NCBI GenBank assembly: GCA_020852705.1
Contig: JADZAP010000030.1
Location: forward strand, 3,991-67,990
Origin: Ignavibacteria bacterium
Lineage (GTDB): Bacteria > Bacteroidota > Ignavibacteria > Tepidaquicellales > OLB5
Length of the DNA stretch: 64,000 bases
Reading direction: 5' to 3'
Part shown: positions 1 to 10,610 of the stretch, one piece after another
Position numbering within the stretch: the stretch's first letter is position 1
Layout of the letters: each line of letters starts with the position of its first letter
Position numbers and translations under genes: made by a program
The notes under the pieces: model-generated
What the model was told of the DNA's origin: nothing
Seen by the model: only the letters and a program-made list of their open reading frames with translations
Database searches by the model: none

Positions 1-801
1 TATTTCCTCAGCAAAATGCTTTGCATTTTTATGATCATCTTTTAATCTTTCTACATTATGTTCAAGTGCATAAATAGCACCGGCTGCAAGTATGCCTGCT
101 TGTCTCATTCCCCCGCCAAGGATTTTACGAAATTTGTGAGCTTTAGTAATAAACTCTGTTTCACCGCATAAAATTGAGCCAACCGGGGCACCAAGCCCTT
201 TGCTGAAACAGAATGAAATTGAATCGGCATGTGACGCATATTCCATAATGCTGATTCTAGTTTCTACGGAGGCATTAAAAATCCTTGCCCCATCCAAATG
301 CAGTTTAAGGTTATTTTCTTTGCAAACAATACTAATTTGTTTAATATCTTCAATCGGATAAATAGAACCGCCGGCACGGTTGTGTGTATTTTCAATACAC
401 ACAAGAGAAGTTTTGGGGAAGTGATACCAATCAGGTCTGATATGTTCTTTTACATCATCTGCGTTTAACACACCGTTTACACCTGCAACAGGCATAACCT
501 GCACACCTGAAATAAATGCAGGACCTGCAATTTCATATTTTACAATGTGAGAGTTAAGTTCAGCAATTATTTCTTCTGCGGGATTTGTATGGCATTTAAC
601 AGCAAGCTGGTTAGCCATGCATCCGGAAGAAACAAAAAGAGCTGCAGGTTTGCCTGTCAGCTCTTTACAAATATCCTGCAATTTATTTACGGTTGGGTCA
701 TCACCCCAAACATCATCACCAACCTCAGCGTTAGCAATTGCCTGACGCATTGCTTTGGAGGGCTTGGTAACAGTATCACTGCGTAGATCAATGATTTTCA
801 T
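1..801 (-). CDS. ltaE: low-specificity L-threonine aldolase (N-terminus at 801; C-terminal end runs off the window)
   Basis: Absent from the ORF track because there is no stop in the window. My own minus-strand translation from the ATG at 801-799 reads MKIIDLRSDTVTKPSKAMRQAIANAEVGDDVWGDDPTVNKLQ...HLDGARIFNAS...FCFSKGLGAPVGS. This is the threonine aldolase / beta-eliminating lyase pattern, including the PLP-lysine SKGLG. Confidence 0.85.
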   Translation of the reverse strand, partial: MKIIDLRSDTVTKPSKAMRQAIANAEVGDDVWGDDPTVNKLQDICKELTGKPAALFVSSGCMANQLAVKCHTNPAEEIIAELNSHIVKYEIAGPAFISGVQVMPVAGVNGVLNADDVKEHIRPDWYHFPKTSLVCIENTHNRAGGSIYPIEDIKQISIVCKENNLKLHLDGARIFNASVETRISIMEYASHADSISFCFSKGLGAPVGSILCGETEFITKAHKFRKILGGGMRQAGILAAGAIYALEHNVERLKDDHKNAKHFAEEI

Positions 802-1008
802 AGTACATAATTAATAAGGATTTGAGGAAAATTTTCTTTTAATACCTGAATTAATTGCTCTATTTTCATTAACAAATTTTTTTAAGCTGTATTAATTACA
901 GCAGCATATTTTCCAAATATACTGAATCATCATTTTTCATTGAAAAAGAATAAAATATTCTTTTGAAGCATATTTTTCGATTAAAGGATTCATTCCGGCA
1001 TCCATAAT

Positions 1009-3456
1009 TTATTCAGCTTCATCATCATCGCCAACAACACTGGCTACCGCTGAAATTGTATCGCCTTCATGCAGTTTTATAAGTCTAACCCCCTGTGTAT
1101 TTCTTCCCATAACACGAATTTCGCCGACATTTTGTCTTATCATTATACCTTTGGTAGTAATAATCATCAGGTCGTCATTATCAACAACTTCGCGGATTGA
1201 AATCAGCGAGCCGTTCTTATCGCTGGATTTCATGGTAATAACACCTTTGCCTCCGCGTCTTGTCATTCTGTAATCCTGCAGTTCGCTTCGTTTACCAAAT
1301 CCCTTATCAGTAACAACTAATATAGAAGTTCCAGGTCTTTTAACAGCAACCAAACCAACAACAAAATCCTTTTTATCAAGTTTTATGGCTCTAACTCCGG
1401 CAGCGGTTCTTCCCATAGAACGAATATCGCTTTCGTTGAATCTGATAGCCATTCCGCCGCTGGTACCTATCAGAATTTCCTGCTTGCCATTAGTATGCTG
1501 TACATCAATTAACTTATCTTCTTTGCGGAGACTTATTGCAATAATTCCGCCCTTTCTGGTATTTTCAAAATTACTTAGGTCTGTTTTTTTCATTACACCA
1601 TGTTTTGTAACCATAGTTATATACATATCTTCGGCAAAATCTTTAATGTTTAGTATAGCGGTAATTTCCTCATCTTTTGATTTGCCGATGTAATTTGCAA
1701 TGGAATACCCTTTTGCGGTACGTGATGCTTCCTGAATTTCGTGGACCTTAAGCATATAACATTTGCCGCGGTCTGTAAAGAACATTATGTGATTGTGAGT
1801 AGAAGCCACAAACATGTGTTCAATAAAATCATCTTCACGAGTAGTTGCTCCAATAATGCCTTTACCGCCTCTTGACTGTCTGCGGTACCCGCTAACGGGA
1901 GTGCGTTTAATATATCCGGAGTGGCTAATTGTTATAACAACATCTTCTTCTTTAATAAATTCTTTAATAAACTCTTCATCGCTAATTTTCCTTGCATTCA
2001 TAACAATTTCCGTTCTTCTTTCATCGCCGTAGGTTTCTTTTAATTTCTTAAGCTCATCAATTAAAATCTCTCTTCTTAAAGCATCGCTTGCAAGAATTCT
2101 TTTGAGCTTTTCAATAGTTTTTAACAGTTCTCTGAATTCTTCTTCAATTTTCTTTCGTTCAAGACCGGTAAGCCGCTGAAGCCGCATTTCCAAAATTGCC
2201 TTTGCCTGAATTTCTGAAAGCTTGAACTTTTTCATCAATCTTTCCTGAGCAGTCGGAACATCTTTAGATTTTTTGATTACCTCAATTACGGCATCAATAT
2301 TATCAAGAGCAATCATGTAGCCCTCAAGAATATGCGCACGTCTTTCGGCAGCATCAAGGTCAAACTTTGTTCTGCGGATAATTACATTAAGTCTGTGGCT
2401 TATAAAATTATCCATCATATCCTTAAGGGTTAAAACTCTGGGTATTCCATCAACTAAAGCAAGAAGTATCACACCAAAGGTAACCTGCATTTGCGTATGT
2501 TTAAACAGATTATTTAATATTACATTGGCAGAACCTCCTCGTTTAACTTCAATAACAACTCTTAAGCCGTCTTTATCAGATTCATCTCTTACATCACTGA
2601 TATCTTCAATTTTTTTATCTCTGACTAAATGTGCAATGTTTTCAATCAGGTTAGCTTTATTAACCTGATAAGGTAATTCAGTTACAATTATACTTTCTCT
2701 ATCGCCCTTGCCAACTTCAATACTTGCTTTAGCACGAAGAATAATTTTACCTCTGCCGGTAGTGTAAGCATCTTTTACACCATCAAACCCCCATATAATA
2801 CCTCCTGTTGGAAAATCGGGTGCTTTTACATACTTCATAATTTTATCAACAGGAAGTTTTGTATCTTTAATAAGAGCAATTAACCCATCAATAATTTCAG
2901 TGAGATTATGCGGTGGAATATTAGTTGCCATACCAACTGCAATACCGCTTGAACCATTTACCAGCAGATTTGGCAGAATTGTTGGCAGAACTGAAGGTTC
3001 TTTAGAGGTATCATCGTAGTTAGGAATAAAATCAACAGTATTTTTTTCGAGATCAGCAAGGATATTATTTGAAATATGAGCAAGTCTAACTTCTGTGTAA
3101 CGCATAGCTGCAGGAGAGTCGCCATCAACTGAGCCAAAGTTGCCCTGCCCGTCAACTAACGGGTAGCGAAGAGAAAAATCCTGAACCATTCTGACAATTG
3201 TATCGTAAACAGCTTTATCGCCATGCGGATGATATTTACCAAGCACATCACCAACTACCCTTGCTGATTTTTTGTAAGGTCTGTTAGGCTGAAGTCCAAG
3301 TTCATTCATACCATAAAGTACTCTTCTGTGAACGGGTTTTAACCCGTCACGAACATCGGGCAGTGCTCTTGAAACTATAACACTCATTGAGTAATCTAAG
3401 TAAGAGTTCTGCATTTCCTGTTCAATATTAACAGGTATTATTTTTTCGTTTGCCAT
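1009..3456 (-). CDS. gyrA: DNA gyrase subunit A
   Basis: 815 aa. The N-terminus reads [31 protein letters not shown], the active-site region is [10 protein letters not shown], and C-terminal beta-pinwheel repeats are present. Confidence 0.97.
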   Translation of the reverse strand: MANEKIIPVNIEQEMQNSYLDYSMSVIVSRALPDVRDGLKPVHRRVLYGMNELGLQPNRPYKKSARVVGDVLGKYHPHGDKAVYDTIVRMVQDFSLRYPLVDGQGNFGSVDGDSPAAMRYTEVRLAHISNNILADLEKNTVDFIPNYDDTSKEPSVLPTILPNLLVNGSSGIAVGMATNIPPHNLTEIIDGLIALIKDTKLPVDKIMKYVKAPDFPTGGIIWGFDGVKDAYTTGRGKIILRAKASIEVGKGDRESIIVTELPYQVNKANLIENIAHLVRDKKIEDISDVRDESDKDGLRVVIEVKRGGSANVILNNLFKHTQMQVTFGVILLALVDGIPRVLTLKDMMDNFISHRLNVIIRRTKFDLDAAERRAHILEGYMIALDNIDAVIEVIKKSKDVPTAQERLMKKFKLSEIQAKAILEMRLQRLTGLERKKIEEEFRELLKTIEKLKRILASDALRREILIDELKKLKETYGDERRTEIVMNARKISDEEFIKEFIKEEDVVITISHSGYIKRTPVSGYRRQSRGGKGIIGATTREDDFIEHMFVASTHNHIMFFTDRGKCYMLKVHEIQEASRTAKGYSIANYIGKSKDEEITAILNIKDFAEDMYITMVTKHGVMKKTDLSNFENTRKGGIIAISLRKEDKLIDVQHTNGKQEILIGTSGGMAIRFNESDIRSMGRTAAGVRAIKLDKKDFVVGLVAVKRPGTSILVVTDKGFGKRSELQDYRMTRRGGKGVITMKSSDKNGSLISIREVVDNDDLMIITTKGIMIRQNVGEIRVMGRNTQGVRLIKLHEGDTISAVASVVGDDDEAE

Positions 3457-3627
3457 TTATTGAAAATTATTATAAAAATTTTATTAACAAAATTGAAACG
3501 GATTAAAGATACCGGAGAATTTTACTGCAATTACAAAGCAGTACATTTAATAAAAGTGTGAAATGAAAATAGTATATTTTATGCCTGAATTTATTGTAAT
3601 ATCCTCAAAATTAAGCAAATAATAGCA

Positions 3628-4344
3628 TTAATTCAATTCAGAAATGAAGCATGGAAGGATAATATTCAGATTTTGAGAAGCAGCTGAAGCTGTTGAGAGC
3701 ACTTCATTGTGAGAAATATGTGCTATTTCATTTTCTTTTAGCAAATTGGTAATAATTGAAACAGCTACAACCCTTAAACCTTTATCAGAAGCATAAAGAA
3801 CTTCAGGAACAGTTGACATACCGGCAGCATCAAGCATAAAATTTTTCTGAAATCTAATTTCAGCTTTTGTTTCATAAGTCGGACCGCTGTAACAGCCGTA
3901 AGTTCCTTCATGGAGTTTAATTTTATTCTTTATACAGCACTTTCTTAAAATATTCATTAAATTTTCATCATAAAAATGTGATACCGGTTTATTAACAATT
4001 TTTGTAAGGAAATTAATGTGAGAGGTTATAAGCATTAAATCACCCGCATTGAAGTTTTCATTTAATCCGCCTGCGGCATTTGTGATAAAAATTTTATCAA
4101 TCCCCATTTCTGCTGCAAATTTAATATTGCCGGAAATTTCATCTTTTTTAAATCCTTCATAAAAATGTTTTCTTCCTTTAAATACCAATATATTATCACT
4201 GCCGCATTTACAGATATATACCTGTTTCAGGTGAACACCCTCGTTTTCTTCTTTAATAATTTGCTTATTTAAAAACACATTTTTGTTAAGCTCAACCCCT
4301 GAACCAAGGATAATTGCAAGTTTTAATTTATTATTAAATTTCAA
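3628..4344 (-). CDS. purine nucleoside phosphorylase / MTAP-family (trimeric PNP family) phosphorylase
   Basis: 238 aa. Contains the family motifs NAAGGLN, YETKAE and DAAGMSTVPEV. Confidence 0.75.
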   Translation of the reverse strand: MKFNNKLKLAIILGSGVELNKNVFLNKQIIKEENEGVHLKQVYICKCGSDNILVFKGRKHFYEGFKKDEISGNIKFAAEMGIDKIFITNAAGGLNENFNAGDLMLITSHINFLTKIVNKPVSHFYDENLMNILRKCCIKNKIKLHEGTYGCYSGPTYETKAEIRFQKNFMLDAAGMSTVPEVLYASDKGLRVVAVSIITNLLKENEIAHISHNEVLSTASAASQNLNIILPCFISELN

Positions 4345-4564
4345 ATTTTTATATTACAATACTTTATAATACCAATGCTTTTTATCTTTTAAAATAATTT
4401 TATTTTTTGCAAATTTACAGTGAAAATATAGTATATTTATTTTAGATATAAATATATTAAACAGTTTATTATATTTCACTTTGAAACATTAGAGGTTACA
4501 TTTTGGTTTAATTAATTAAGTGTATATTAATAAATTCTTTTTTTACAAATTATATTATTAACTA

Positions 4565-5047
4565 TTGACTGAACCCAGTATATCAAAAGCCCAGGAATAC
4601 CTGGAAAAAGCATATAAATTACAAATGGATGGCAACTACGAAGATGCTATCAGAAATTATAAACTATCAATAGAGTTCTTTCCAACAGCAGAAGCACACA
4701 CATTTTTAGGGTGGGCATACAGTTTTTTAGATGATTTGGACAGAGCAATTGAAGAGTGCAAAACTGCAATAGATATTGACCCGGAATACGGCAATCCATA
4801 TAATGATATAGGTTCATACTTAATACAGCGCGGTGCGTATGATGAAGCCATTACATGGCTTGAATTGGCATTAAAAGCCAAAAGATATGAATCGTATCAT
4901 TTTGCACATTTAAATTTAGGCAGAGCATACGAACTTAAAGGACTTTGGTTTGAGGCACTTGAAGAGTATAAAACAGCAATGGGGCTAGCCCCAAAATATG
5001 AGCTTGCAAAAAAGCTTTATTATACTTTACAAGGCAAGCTGAATTAA
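4565..5047 (+). CDS. tetratricopeptide (TPR) repeat protein
   Basis: 160 aa with repeated A-x-x-x-Y/F...A...P TPR-like helices (YEDAIRNYKLSIEFFP, LDRAIEECKTAIDIDP, WFEALEEYKTAMGLAP). The track start is TTG, so the true start is uncertain. Confidence 0.6.
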   Translation: MTEPSISKAQEYLEKAYKLQMDGNYEDAIRNYKLSIEFFPTAEAHTFLGWAYSFLDDLDRAIEECKTAIDIDPEYGNPYNDIGSYLIQRGAYDEAITWLELALKAKRYESYHFAHLNLGRAYELKGLWFEALEEYKTAMGLAPKYELAKKLYYTLQGKLN

Positions 5048-5148
5048 ATGCATTGGATTTTGATGTGTTAATATAATGGTTTAATAACCATATCTTACTT
5101 AAGATAAATTTAGAATTTAAAAATTTCATTCAATAAAACAGTGCAACT

Positions 5149-6006
5149 ATGAAATTTCTGAAAAATGAAGTTAGATATAAGGGATTTTATCCGTTCATAT
5201 TTTTAATAACATTGCTCATAATTTCAGCATTAATTCAAAGCTGCGAACAATCAAATATTTTTTCAGATAAAGATGATGTTGAGCTTGGGCAGGAATTTGA
5301 TAAGGAAATTAAAGCTAACCCAAAGCAGTTTCCGATGCTTGAAGGTCATCAGGATATAAAAGATTATGTTACAGGAATGGGGAAGGAAATTTTAAACTCA
5401 CCAAAAATTATTAAACGAAATATTTATCCTTACAACTTTCAGATTATTAATGATACTATAATAAATGCATTCTGTACACCCGGCGGATTTGTTTATGTAT
5501 ATACCGGTTTAATGAAGTTTGTAGATAACGAAGCAACGCTTGCAGGAGTAGTTGGACACGAAATTGCACATGCTGAGAGAAGGCATGTTACACAGCGTTT
5601 AACAGCTTATTACGGAGTTAGCGTATTGCTTAGTTTTATATTAGGCGGAAATCCAAGTTTGCTTGCAGAAATAGCTGCTAACCTGTTTGTTGGTCTGGCA
5701 TTTCTTAAAAATTCACGTGATGATGAAACAGAAGCTGATTACTACTCAATACAGTATTTAAAATCCACAAAATGGTACCCGGGAGGTATAACTTTCTTTT
5801 TTGATAAAATAAAAGAAGAACAAAGGTTAAAAGGCAACACACCTGGAGACCTTGACAGGCTGCTTTCAACTCATCCCCTGCCAAATGACAGAATAAAGTT
5901 TGTAAATAAAGAGCTTAGCAAAATAAAACCAAAACCTGACCCCACAAAAGGACTTTTTACGGATGAATATCAGGCAATGAAGCAAAAACTGCCAAAAGCC
6001 AGATAG
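5149..6006 (+). CDS. M48-family zinc metalloprotease, secreted/lipoprotein
   Basis: 285 aa. Has an N-terminal hydrophobic signal ending in a Cys (LIQSC) and the HExxH motif HEIAHAERRH, followed by a downstream E/D ligand region. Confidence 0.75.
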   Translation: MKFLKNEVRYKGFYPFIFLITLLIISALIQSCEQSNIFSDKDDVELGQEFDKEIKANPKQFPMLEGHQDIKDYVTGMGKEILNSPKIIKRNIYPYNFQIINDTIINAFCTPGGFVYVYTGLMKFVDNEATLAGVVGHEIAHAERRHVTQRLTAYYGVSVLLSFILGGNPSLLAEIAANLFVGLAFLKNSRDDETEADYYSIQYLKSTKWYPGGITFFFDKIKEEQRLKGNTPGDLDRLLSTHPLPNDRIKFVNKELSKIKPKPDPTKGLFTDEYQAMKQKLPKAR

Positions 6007-6069
6007 TAAGAAAGCCCCATAAACTTAAGAAGTTAATTTTTTAATTTAACAGAATTACAAAAGAAGCTT

Positions 6070-6603
6070 ATGTTCAGAAAAACAGAACTATTTTTATTTA
6101 TATTATTAATTCTTTCTTTATTCAGCAACACTTTCGCTCAGGATAATAAAACAATAAATGATGTTACGTATAAATTTACATTAAAACTTCCTTCGGGATG
6201 GCAAATGAAAGATTTAAAAGAAACGACTGATAAAGATGCAATTTCTTATTCTTTTGAAAGCGCTGATAAAAAAATGACTATAATGCTGCTTGCATTTAAA
6301 CTTAACAGTGTAAAAAACATTGATGATTTTATTTATAATATGGAAAAAGATATCAGTCTGAATATACCAGCCAAAACCGGAGATTATACTGAAACAGATT
6401 CCGTTAGGTACGATATGAAAAGCGCCCAATACAAGGATAAAAGGTTTGATGAATCAATATATTATTTCAGGACAAAGCTTCCTGATGCACCAAATAATTT
6501 TGTATATATGCTTAGGTTCATAACTGAGTCAAAAGATTTAAATGCAGATAAAGAAAACGAAATAAAAAGTATATCTGCATCATTTACACCAACTGCTGAA
6601 TAG
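6070..6603 (+). CDS. hypothetical secreted protein
   Basis: 177 aa with a clear signal peptide (LFLFILLILSLFSNTFAQ). No motif recognised. Confidence 0.5.
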   Translation: MFRKTELFLFILLILSLFSNTFAQDNKTINDVTYKFTLKLPSGWQMKDLKETTDKDAISYSFESADKKMTIMLLAFKLNSVKNIDDFIYNMEKDISLNIPAKTGDYTETDSVRYDMKSAQYKDKRFDESIYYFRTKLPDAPNNFVYMLRFITESKDLNADKENEIKSISASFTPTAE

Positions 6604-6679
6604 TATTTAAAATGTGACTTTGCCGCTCTGCTAAATGGGGAATGTTTATGATCTCTCCTTTACATGGCAGGCAACTGTC

Positions 6680-6850
6680 ACCTCTTTTAAAAGAAAAATA
6701 ATTATAACCTCTCCCCTAGCCCCTCTCCTAAAAGGAGAGGGGAATGAAATCAAAAGCAATTAACCACAAATTACACTAATTGCGCGAATTGTATAAAATT
6801 GATTTTAAAAATCAAAAGAATTTATAAGCAAAGTCGCTAGTGGTACAAAG
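6680..6850. repeat. intergenic repeat unit 1 (~170 nt) with a 9-bp/5-nt-loop hairpin cccctctcc-taaaa-ggagagggg (6720-6742) and a ttgatttt/aaaatcaa palindrome
   Basis: Aligns by eye to unit 2 at an offset of 228 bp. A 51-nt block (6707-6757) is identical to 6935-6985. Confidence 0.85.
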
Positions 6851-6908
6851 GTTCATGAACCTCTTCTTAACAAGGAAGGCTCCCCCAATAGGAGTCCTAC
6901 GGACTAGC

Positions 6909-7078
6909 ACCTCTGCAAAAGAAAAATGAATATGACCTCTCCCCTAGCCCCTCTCCTAAAAGGAGAGGGGAATGAAATCAAAAGCGTTTAACCACGAATT
7001 ACACAAATTACGCAAATTACATAAGATTGATTTTATAAATCAAAAACATTTACACGCAAAGTTGCTAAAGTATAGAAA
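6909..7078. repeat. intergenic repeat unit 2 (~170 nt), tandem copy of unit 1
   Basis: Carries the same hairpin (6948-6970) and a palindrome that keeps its pairing despite substitutions (ttgatttt-a-taaatcaa). I estimate roughly 85 percent identity to unit 1 by eye. Confidence 0.85.
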
Positions 7079-7236
7079 CATAGACGCAAAACTTTTATAA
7101 GGCAAAAGTCAGGGGGATGAAACTGAAAACTTTGGCTCTCAAATCAATTTAACCTTAATTCCTATTCCATATTAAAAAAAATTTTGTTAATTTATATAAT
7201 TCATATTTATTTCAGAAAATATTTTCACTGAAAACC

Positions 7237-7767
7237 GTGGTGGATACAACAATAGTTTCCGGATGCCTTAACGAATTAAAACAACAGATAATTTACAGAA
7301 TAGAGCTTAACTATCCGAGAATTCATAAATGTCTTTTGAACTTAAACGATAATGAAATATGCAGCAGGGTCAATGAGAACTCTAATTCAATAGCTAATTT
7401 GATACTTCATCTTTGCGGAAATATTACTCAGTACATAATTTCAGGGCTGGGCGGCAATGAAGATAAACGGTTCCGAGAAGGTGAATTTGCAGAGAAAAAA
7501 GATATAAAAATTGCTGAACTTGACAAAATGATAAAGGAAACTGCGGAAAATGCAGTTGGGATAATTAGTGCCCTTGGAGTAAATGACTTGCTGAAAATTT
7601 ATCCCGTTCAGGGTTATAAATTAAGCGGTATTGCAATACTTATTCATGTTACTGAACATTTTTCATATCACACCGGTCAGATAGTTTCAACAACAAAAGC
7701 ATTAAAAAATATTGATACCGGATTTTACAAAGGAATGAATCTGAATAAAAAAAACAACAGTATTTAA
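7237..7767 (+). CDS. DinB-superfamily (DUF1572-like) metal-dependent protein
   Basis: 176 aa with a GTG start. The His triad spacing typical of DinB four-helix bundles is present: HLCGNITQYI ... HVTEHFSYHTGQI. Confidence 0.65.
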   Translation: MVDTTIVSGCLNELKQQIIYRIELNYPRIHKCLLNLNDNEICSRVNENSNSIANLILHLCGNITQYIISGLGGNEDKRFREGEFAEKKDIKIAELDKMIKETAENAVGIISALGVNDLLKIYPVQGYKLSGIAILIHVTEHFSYHTGQIVSTTKALKNIDTGFYKGMNLNKKNNSI

Positions 7768-7770
7768 TTG

Positions 7771-8352
7771 ATGAATTTTGTATATAAAAACTGGGCTAAG
7801 GCAGGAATTGGAATTGCTGTAATTATACTGATATTTATTTTTTTTATTCAGAAAAATAAATTACCTCTTTTAGAAAAGTTTATTTTACTTAACATAGCTT
7901 TTTTAATGCTTCATCAGGCAGAAGAATATGTGTATCACGGTGGATTTAAAGATTATTTTAATCAAAAACTGTACAACCCTTTCGGTTTTTTAAAGAACAA
8001 GCTGACCGATGCGGGAATAATTTGGGTTAACGTAGTTCTGGGATGGGGAATGAATATTTTTGTATATATATTTCTGAAGAATAACCCCATTGCAGTTATG
8101 ATAATGATAGTTATCCTTTTTTACAACGGAATTCTGCACTTTTTTTTAGCTTTTAAAACACAGGAATATAATCCGGGATTAATTACAGGTGCAATTCTTT
8201 TTCTGCCTTTTGGGTTTTATTCATATTATAAAGTGAACCTTAATCAAATGATATCAACAACTGATTTAGCGGCAATTTTGGTATTTTCAATTTTTGTTAC
8301 TCTTGTTATACCCGTTATTATTTTTTTAACAAGAGAAAAAAGACATAAATAA
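7771..8352 (+). CDS. HXXEE-domain integral membrane protein
   Basis: Multi-pass hydrophobic protein with the HQAEEY (HXXEE) motif in the second helix. I chose the ATG at 7771, one codon inside the track's TTG. Confidence 0.6.
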   Translation: MNFVYKNWAKAGIGIAVIILIFIFFIQKNKLPLLEKFILLNIAFLMLHQAEEYVYHGGFKDYFNQKLYNPFGFLKNKLTDAGIIWVNVVLGWGMNIFVYIFLKNNPIAVMIMIVILFYNGILHFFLAFKTQEYNPGLITGAILFLPFGFYSYYKVNLNQMISTTDLAAILVFSIFVTLVIPVIIFLTREKRHK

Positions 8353-8440
8353 TTTATATAATTACTTTATGTAAATTTTTATAAATAAAGAAATATATTT
8401 TAAAGTTTAGCAATAAAACAACCTAAATAAATTATTAAGA

Positions 8441-9235
8441 ATGAAATTTATGATAAAGTTTATCCCTGTTTTATTTATTTATTTATCCAACTGCATTACA
8501 TTACTAGCTCAGGAAAGCAAAGTTACTAATGACCCTTGGCTGGAAAAAAGAACAGAAGGAATTGATTTTATTGCCTCAGGCAATGAACCGCCTTGGAAAT
8601 TAAATATTGATATAGACGGGAAAATACTGTTTTTAAAATTTACACATCAGCTTTCCGGCATTGCGGACTCCGTTGAATTTACAAATCTTTCTGAATCACA
8701 GATTATGGGTTCCGCAGTTACAATGTATAATGCTTCTAATGAGGAACATGAAATTACAATAGAAGTAACTAAGGAGGAATGCAGAGATAATATATCAGGT
8801 GAGGTATCACCGTATTATATTAAAGTCAGAAAGAAAACAGGCAAGAACAGTTATGTATATGTAGGGTGCGGCAGATATTTAGCTGATTACAGATTGAACG
8901 GTAAATGGTCAATTGAAAAAGTAAATAACAAAACTGCAGCTGATTATCACCTTTTGGCAGATAAATCTCCATTTATTGAATTCAGTATAGCAGATGAGCG
9001 TTTTTCGGGATATGCGGGCTGCAACCGATTCTTTGGCTCATTTGAAGCAAAGGGCTCGCGGCTTACCTTTGGGAAAACTGCATCCACATTAATGATGTGC
9101 CAGGATATTGCAATGGAAAAAGATGTATTTGATTTAATTAACGATAAGACATACGAATTTAAAACAGATGGAAACAGCCTTACTTTACAGGATAAAAAAG
9201 GTACCGTTTACCTTGAACTGAGGAAAGCTGAATAA
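8441..9235 (+). CDS. secreted protein with C-terminal META (HslJ-like) domain
   Basis: 264 aa with a signal peptide. The C-terminal half reads FSGYAGCNRFFGSFEAKGSRLTFGKTASTLMMC...MEKDVF, which matches the META/HslJ pattern. Confidence 0.65.
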   Translation: MKFMIKFIPVLFIYLSNCITLLAQESKVTNDPWLEKRTEGIDFIASGNEPPWKLNIDIDGKILFLKFTHQLSGIADSVEFTNLSESQIMGSAVTMYNASNEEHEITIEVTKEECRDNISGEVSPYYIKVRKKTGKNSYVYVGCGRYLADYRLNGKWSIEKVNNKTAADYHLLADKSPFIEFSIADERFSGYAGCNRFFGSFEAKGSRLTFGKTASTLMMCQDIAMEKDVFDLINDKTYEFKTDGNSLTLQDKKGTVYLELRKAE

Positions 9236-9287
9236 ATTTTAGATTAATAATATAAAAATGGCCGAAAACATATCAGCAATTTTTTGT

Positions 9288-9947
9288 TTAAACAAACCTG
9301 TCGTACTCACCATTTAAAAAGGGATTGTTCTTTTTTTCGAAACCAACAGTAGTTTCACCCATGTGCCCGGGATATATAATATATTCATCAGGAAGTGTCA
9401 TGATTTTTGAATTAATTGAATTCAAAAGCAGATCAATATCGCCTTTCCAAAGGTCTGTTCTTCCAATTGATCCCTGAAACACAGTATCACCCCCAAAAAT
9501 TACCTTATTATTTGCATCAACAAAACAAATACTGCCCGGTGAGTGTCCGGGTGTATGTAATAGTTTAAATTCAGTTTTACCGAATTTTATTAAATCACCT
9601 TCATTAATATATTTATCAGGAATTGGCGGCTGTGGAAAACTGACACCAAACATTTCCCCTTGCTCTAATGCCCTTTCTATTAACGGCAAATCTTCCTTAT
9701 TCATATAAACTGGTACATTAAAATTTTCTTTAGCCCATTTATTTCCCATAATGTGGTCAATATGTCCGTGAGTAAGTAAAATAAATATAATATCAATTTT
9801 GTTTGAACTTATGTATTGCAAAATATTTTGTTTTTCAAAACTTTCATAAGCCCCGGGATCGATTAAAACACCTTCATGGGTATTGTTATCCCAATAAACA
9901 TAGCAGTTCATGCTGAACGGATTAACTGTAAACGTTTTTGTTATCAT
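9288..9947 (-). CDS. MBL-fold metallo-hydrolase (glyoxalase II-like)
   Basis: 219 aa. Has the THGHIDH metal-binding motif, with the downstream HTPGHSPGS and D/H ligands. Confidence 0.8.
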   Translation of the reverse strand: MITKTFTVNPFSMNCYVYWDNNTHEGVLIDPGAYESFEKQNILQYISSNKIDIIFILLTHGHIDHIMGNKWAKENFNVPVYMNKEDLPLIERALEQGEMFGVSFPQPPIPDKYINEGDLIKFGKTEFKLLHTPGHSPGSICFVDANNKVIFGGDTVFQGSIGRTDLWKGDIDLLLNSINSKIMTLPDEYIIYPGHMGETTVGFEKKNNPFLNGEYDRFV

Positions 9948-10053
9948 AATAAAATTTATTGCACAGTAAAGAATAAATTAATAAGGTTATTTGCTTCGTT
10001 AATAATTTGTGTATAGTTTTTACATACTTTTTTAAATATTTTTGCAATTTACA

Positions 10054-10572
10054 ATGAACAAAAAGGAAAAAACAGTCAAAGGTGAAAACTCCAAAGGCAA
10101 TATTTCCGCACCCGTGCAGCAAAAACAGCGGAAAGAGACATTAATTGCCTTAAACAAAAAAGCATATCATGATTATGCGATTTTAGATAAATATGAAACC
10201 GGAATTGTTTTACATGGTACAGAGGTAAAGTCCCTGCGTGAACACAAGGCAAGCTTAGTTGATTCATACGCTCGCATAAAAAACGCAGAAATTTGGCTGC
10301 TGAATGCAAATATTGCAGTTTACAAGCATGGTACTTTTACCAATCATAAACCAACTTCCAGCCGAAAACTGCTTATGAAGCGAAGCGAAATAAGAAAAAT
10401 AGGCAATAAACTAAAAGATAAAAGTTTAACGTTAATTCCATTAAAACTTTACTTTTCAGGACCGTTTGTAAAAGTAGAACTTGGACTTGCAAAAGGTAAA
10501 AAACTTTATGATAAACGTGAGTCAATTAAAAGAGCAGATATTCAAAGACAATTAAAGAGAGTAAAAGTATAG
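10054..10572 (+). CDS. smpB: SsrA-binding protein SmpB
   Basis: Contains NKKAYHDYAILDKYETGIVLHGTEVKSLR...LLNANIAVYKHG...RKLLMKRSEI and a basic C-terminal tail. I trimmed the start to the ATG at 10054, four codons inside the track's TTG. Confidence 0.92.
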   Translation: MNKKEKTVKGENSKGNISAPVQQKQRKETLIALNKKAYHDYAILDKYETGIVLHGTEVKSLREHKASLVDSYARIKNAEIWLLNANIAVYKHGTFTNHKPTSSRKLLMKRSEIRKIGNKLKDKSLTLIPLKLYFSGPFVKVELGLAKGKKLYDKRESIKRADIQRQLKRVKV

Positions 10573-10610
10573 TAAATTAAAATTCCAGTTTTAAAGGAAA
10601 TAAAATTCAA

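Noticed and set aside
547-786. 79-aa plus-strand ORF at the left edge
   Set aside because: It is antisense to the clearly conserved threonine aldolase gene on the minus strand (1-801).
6604-7236. tmRNA, RNase P RNA, SRP RNA or a CRISPR array in the ORF-free gap (smpB is only 3 kb away)
   Set aside because: There is no tRNA-Ala-like acceptor/T-arm pair, no tag-peptide reading frame, and no GAGGAAAGUCC or SRP domain IV consensus. Only two long (~170-nt) repeat units are present, with no short regularly spaced repeats.
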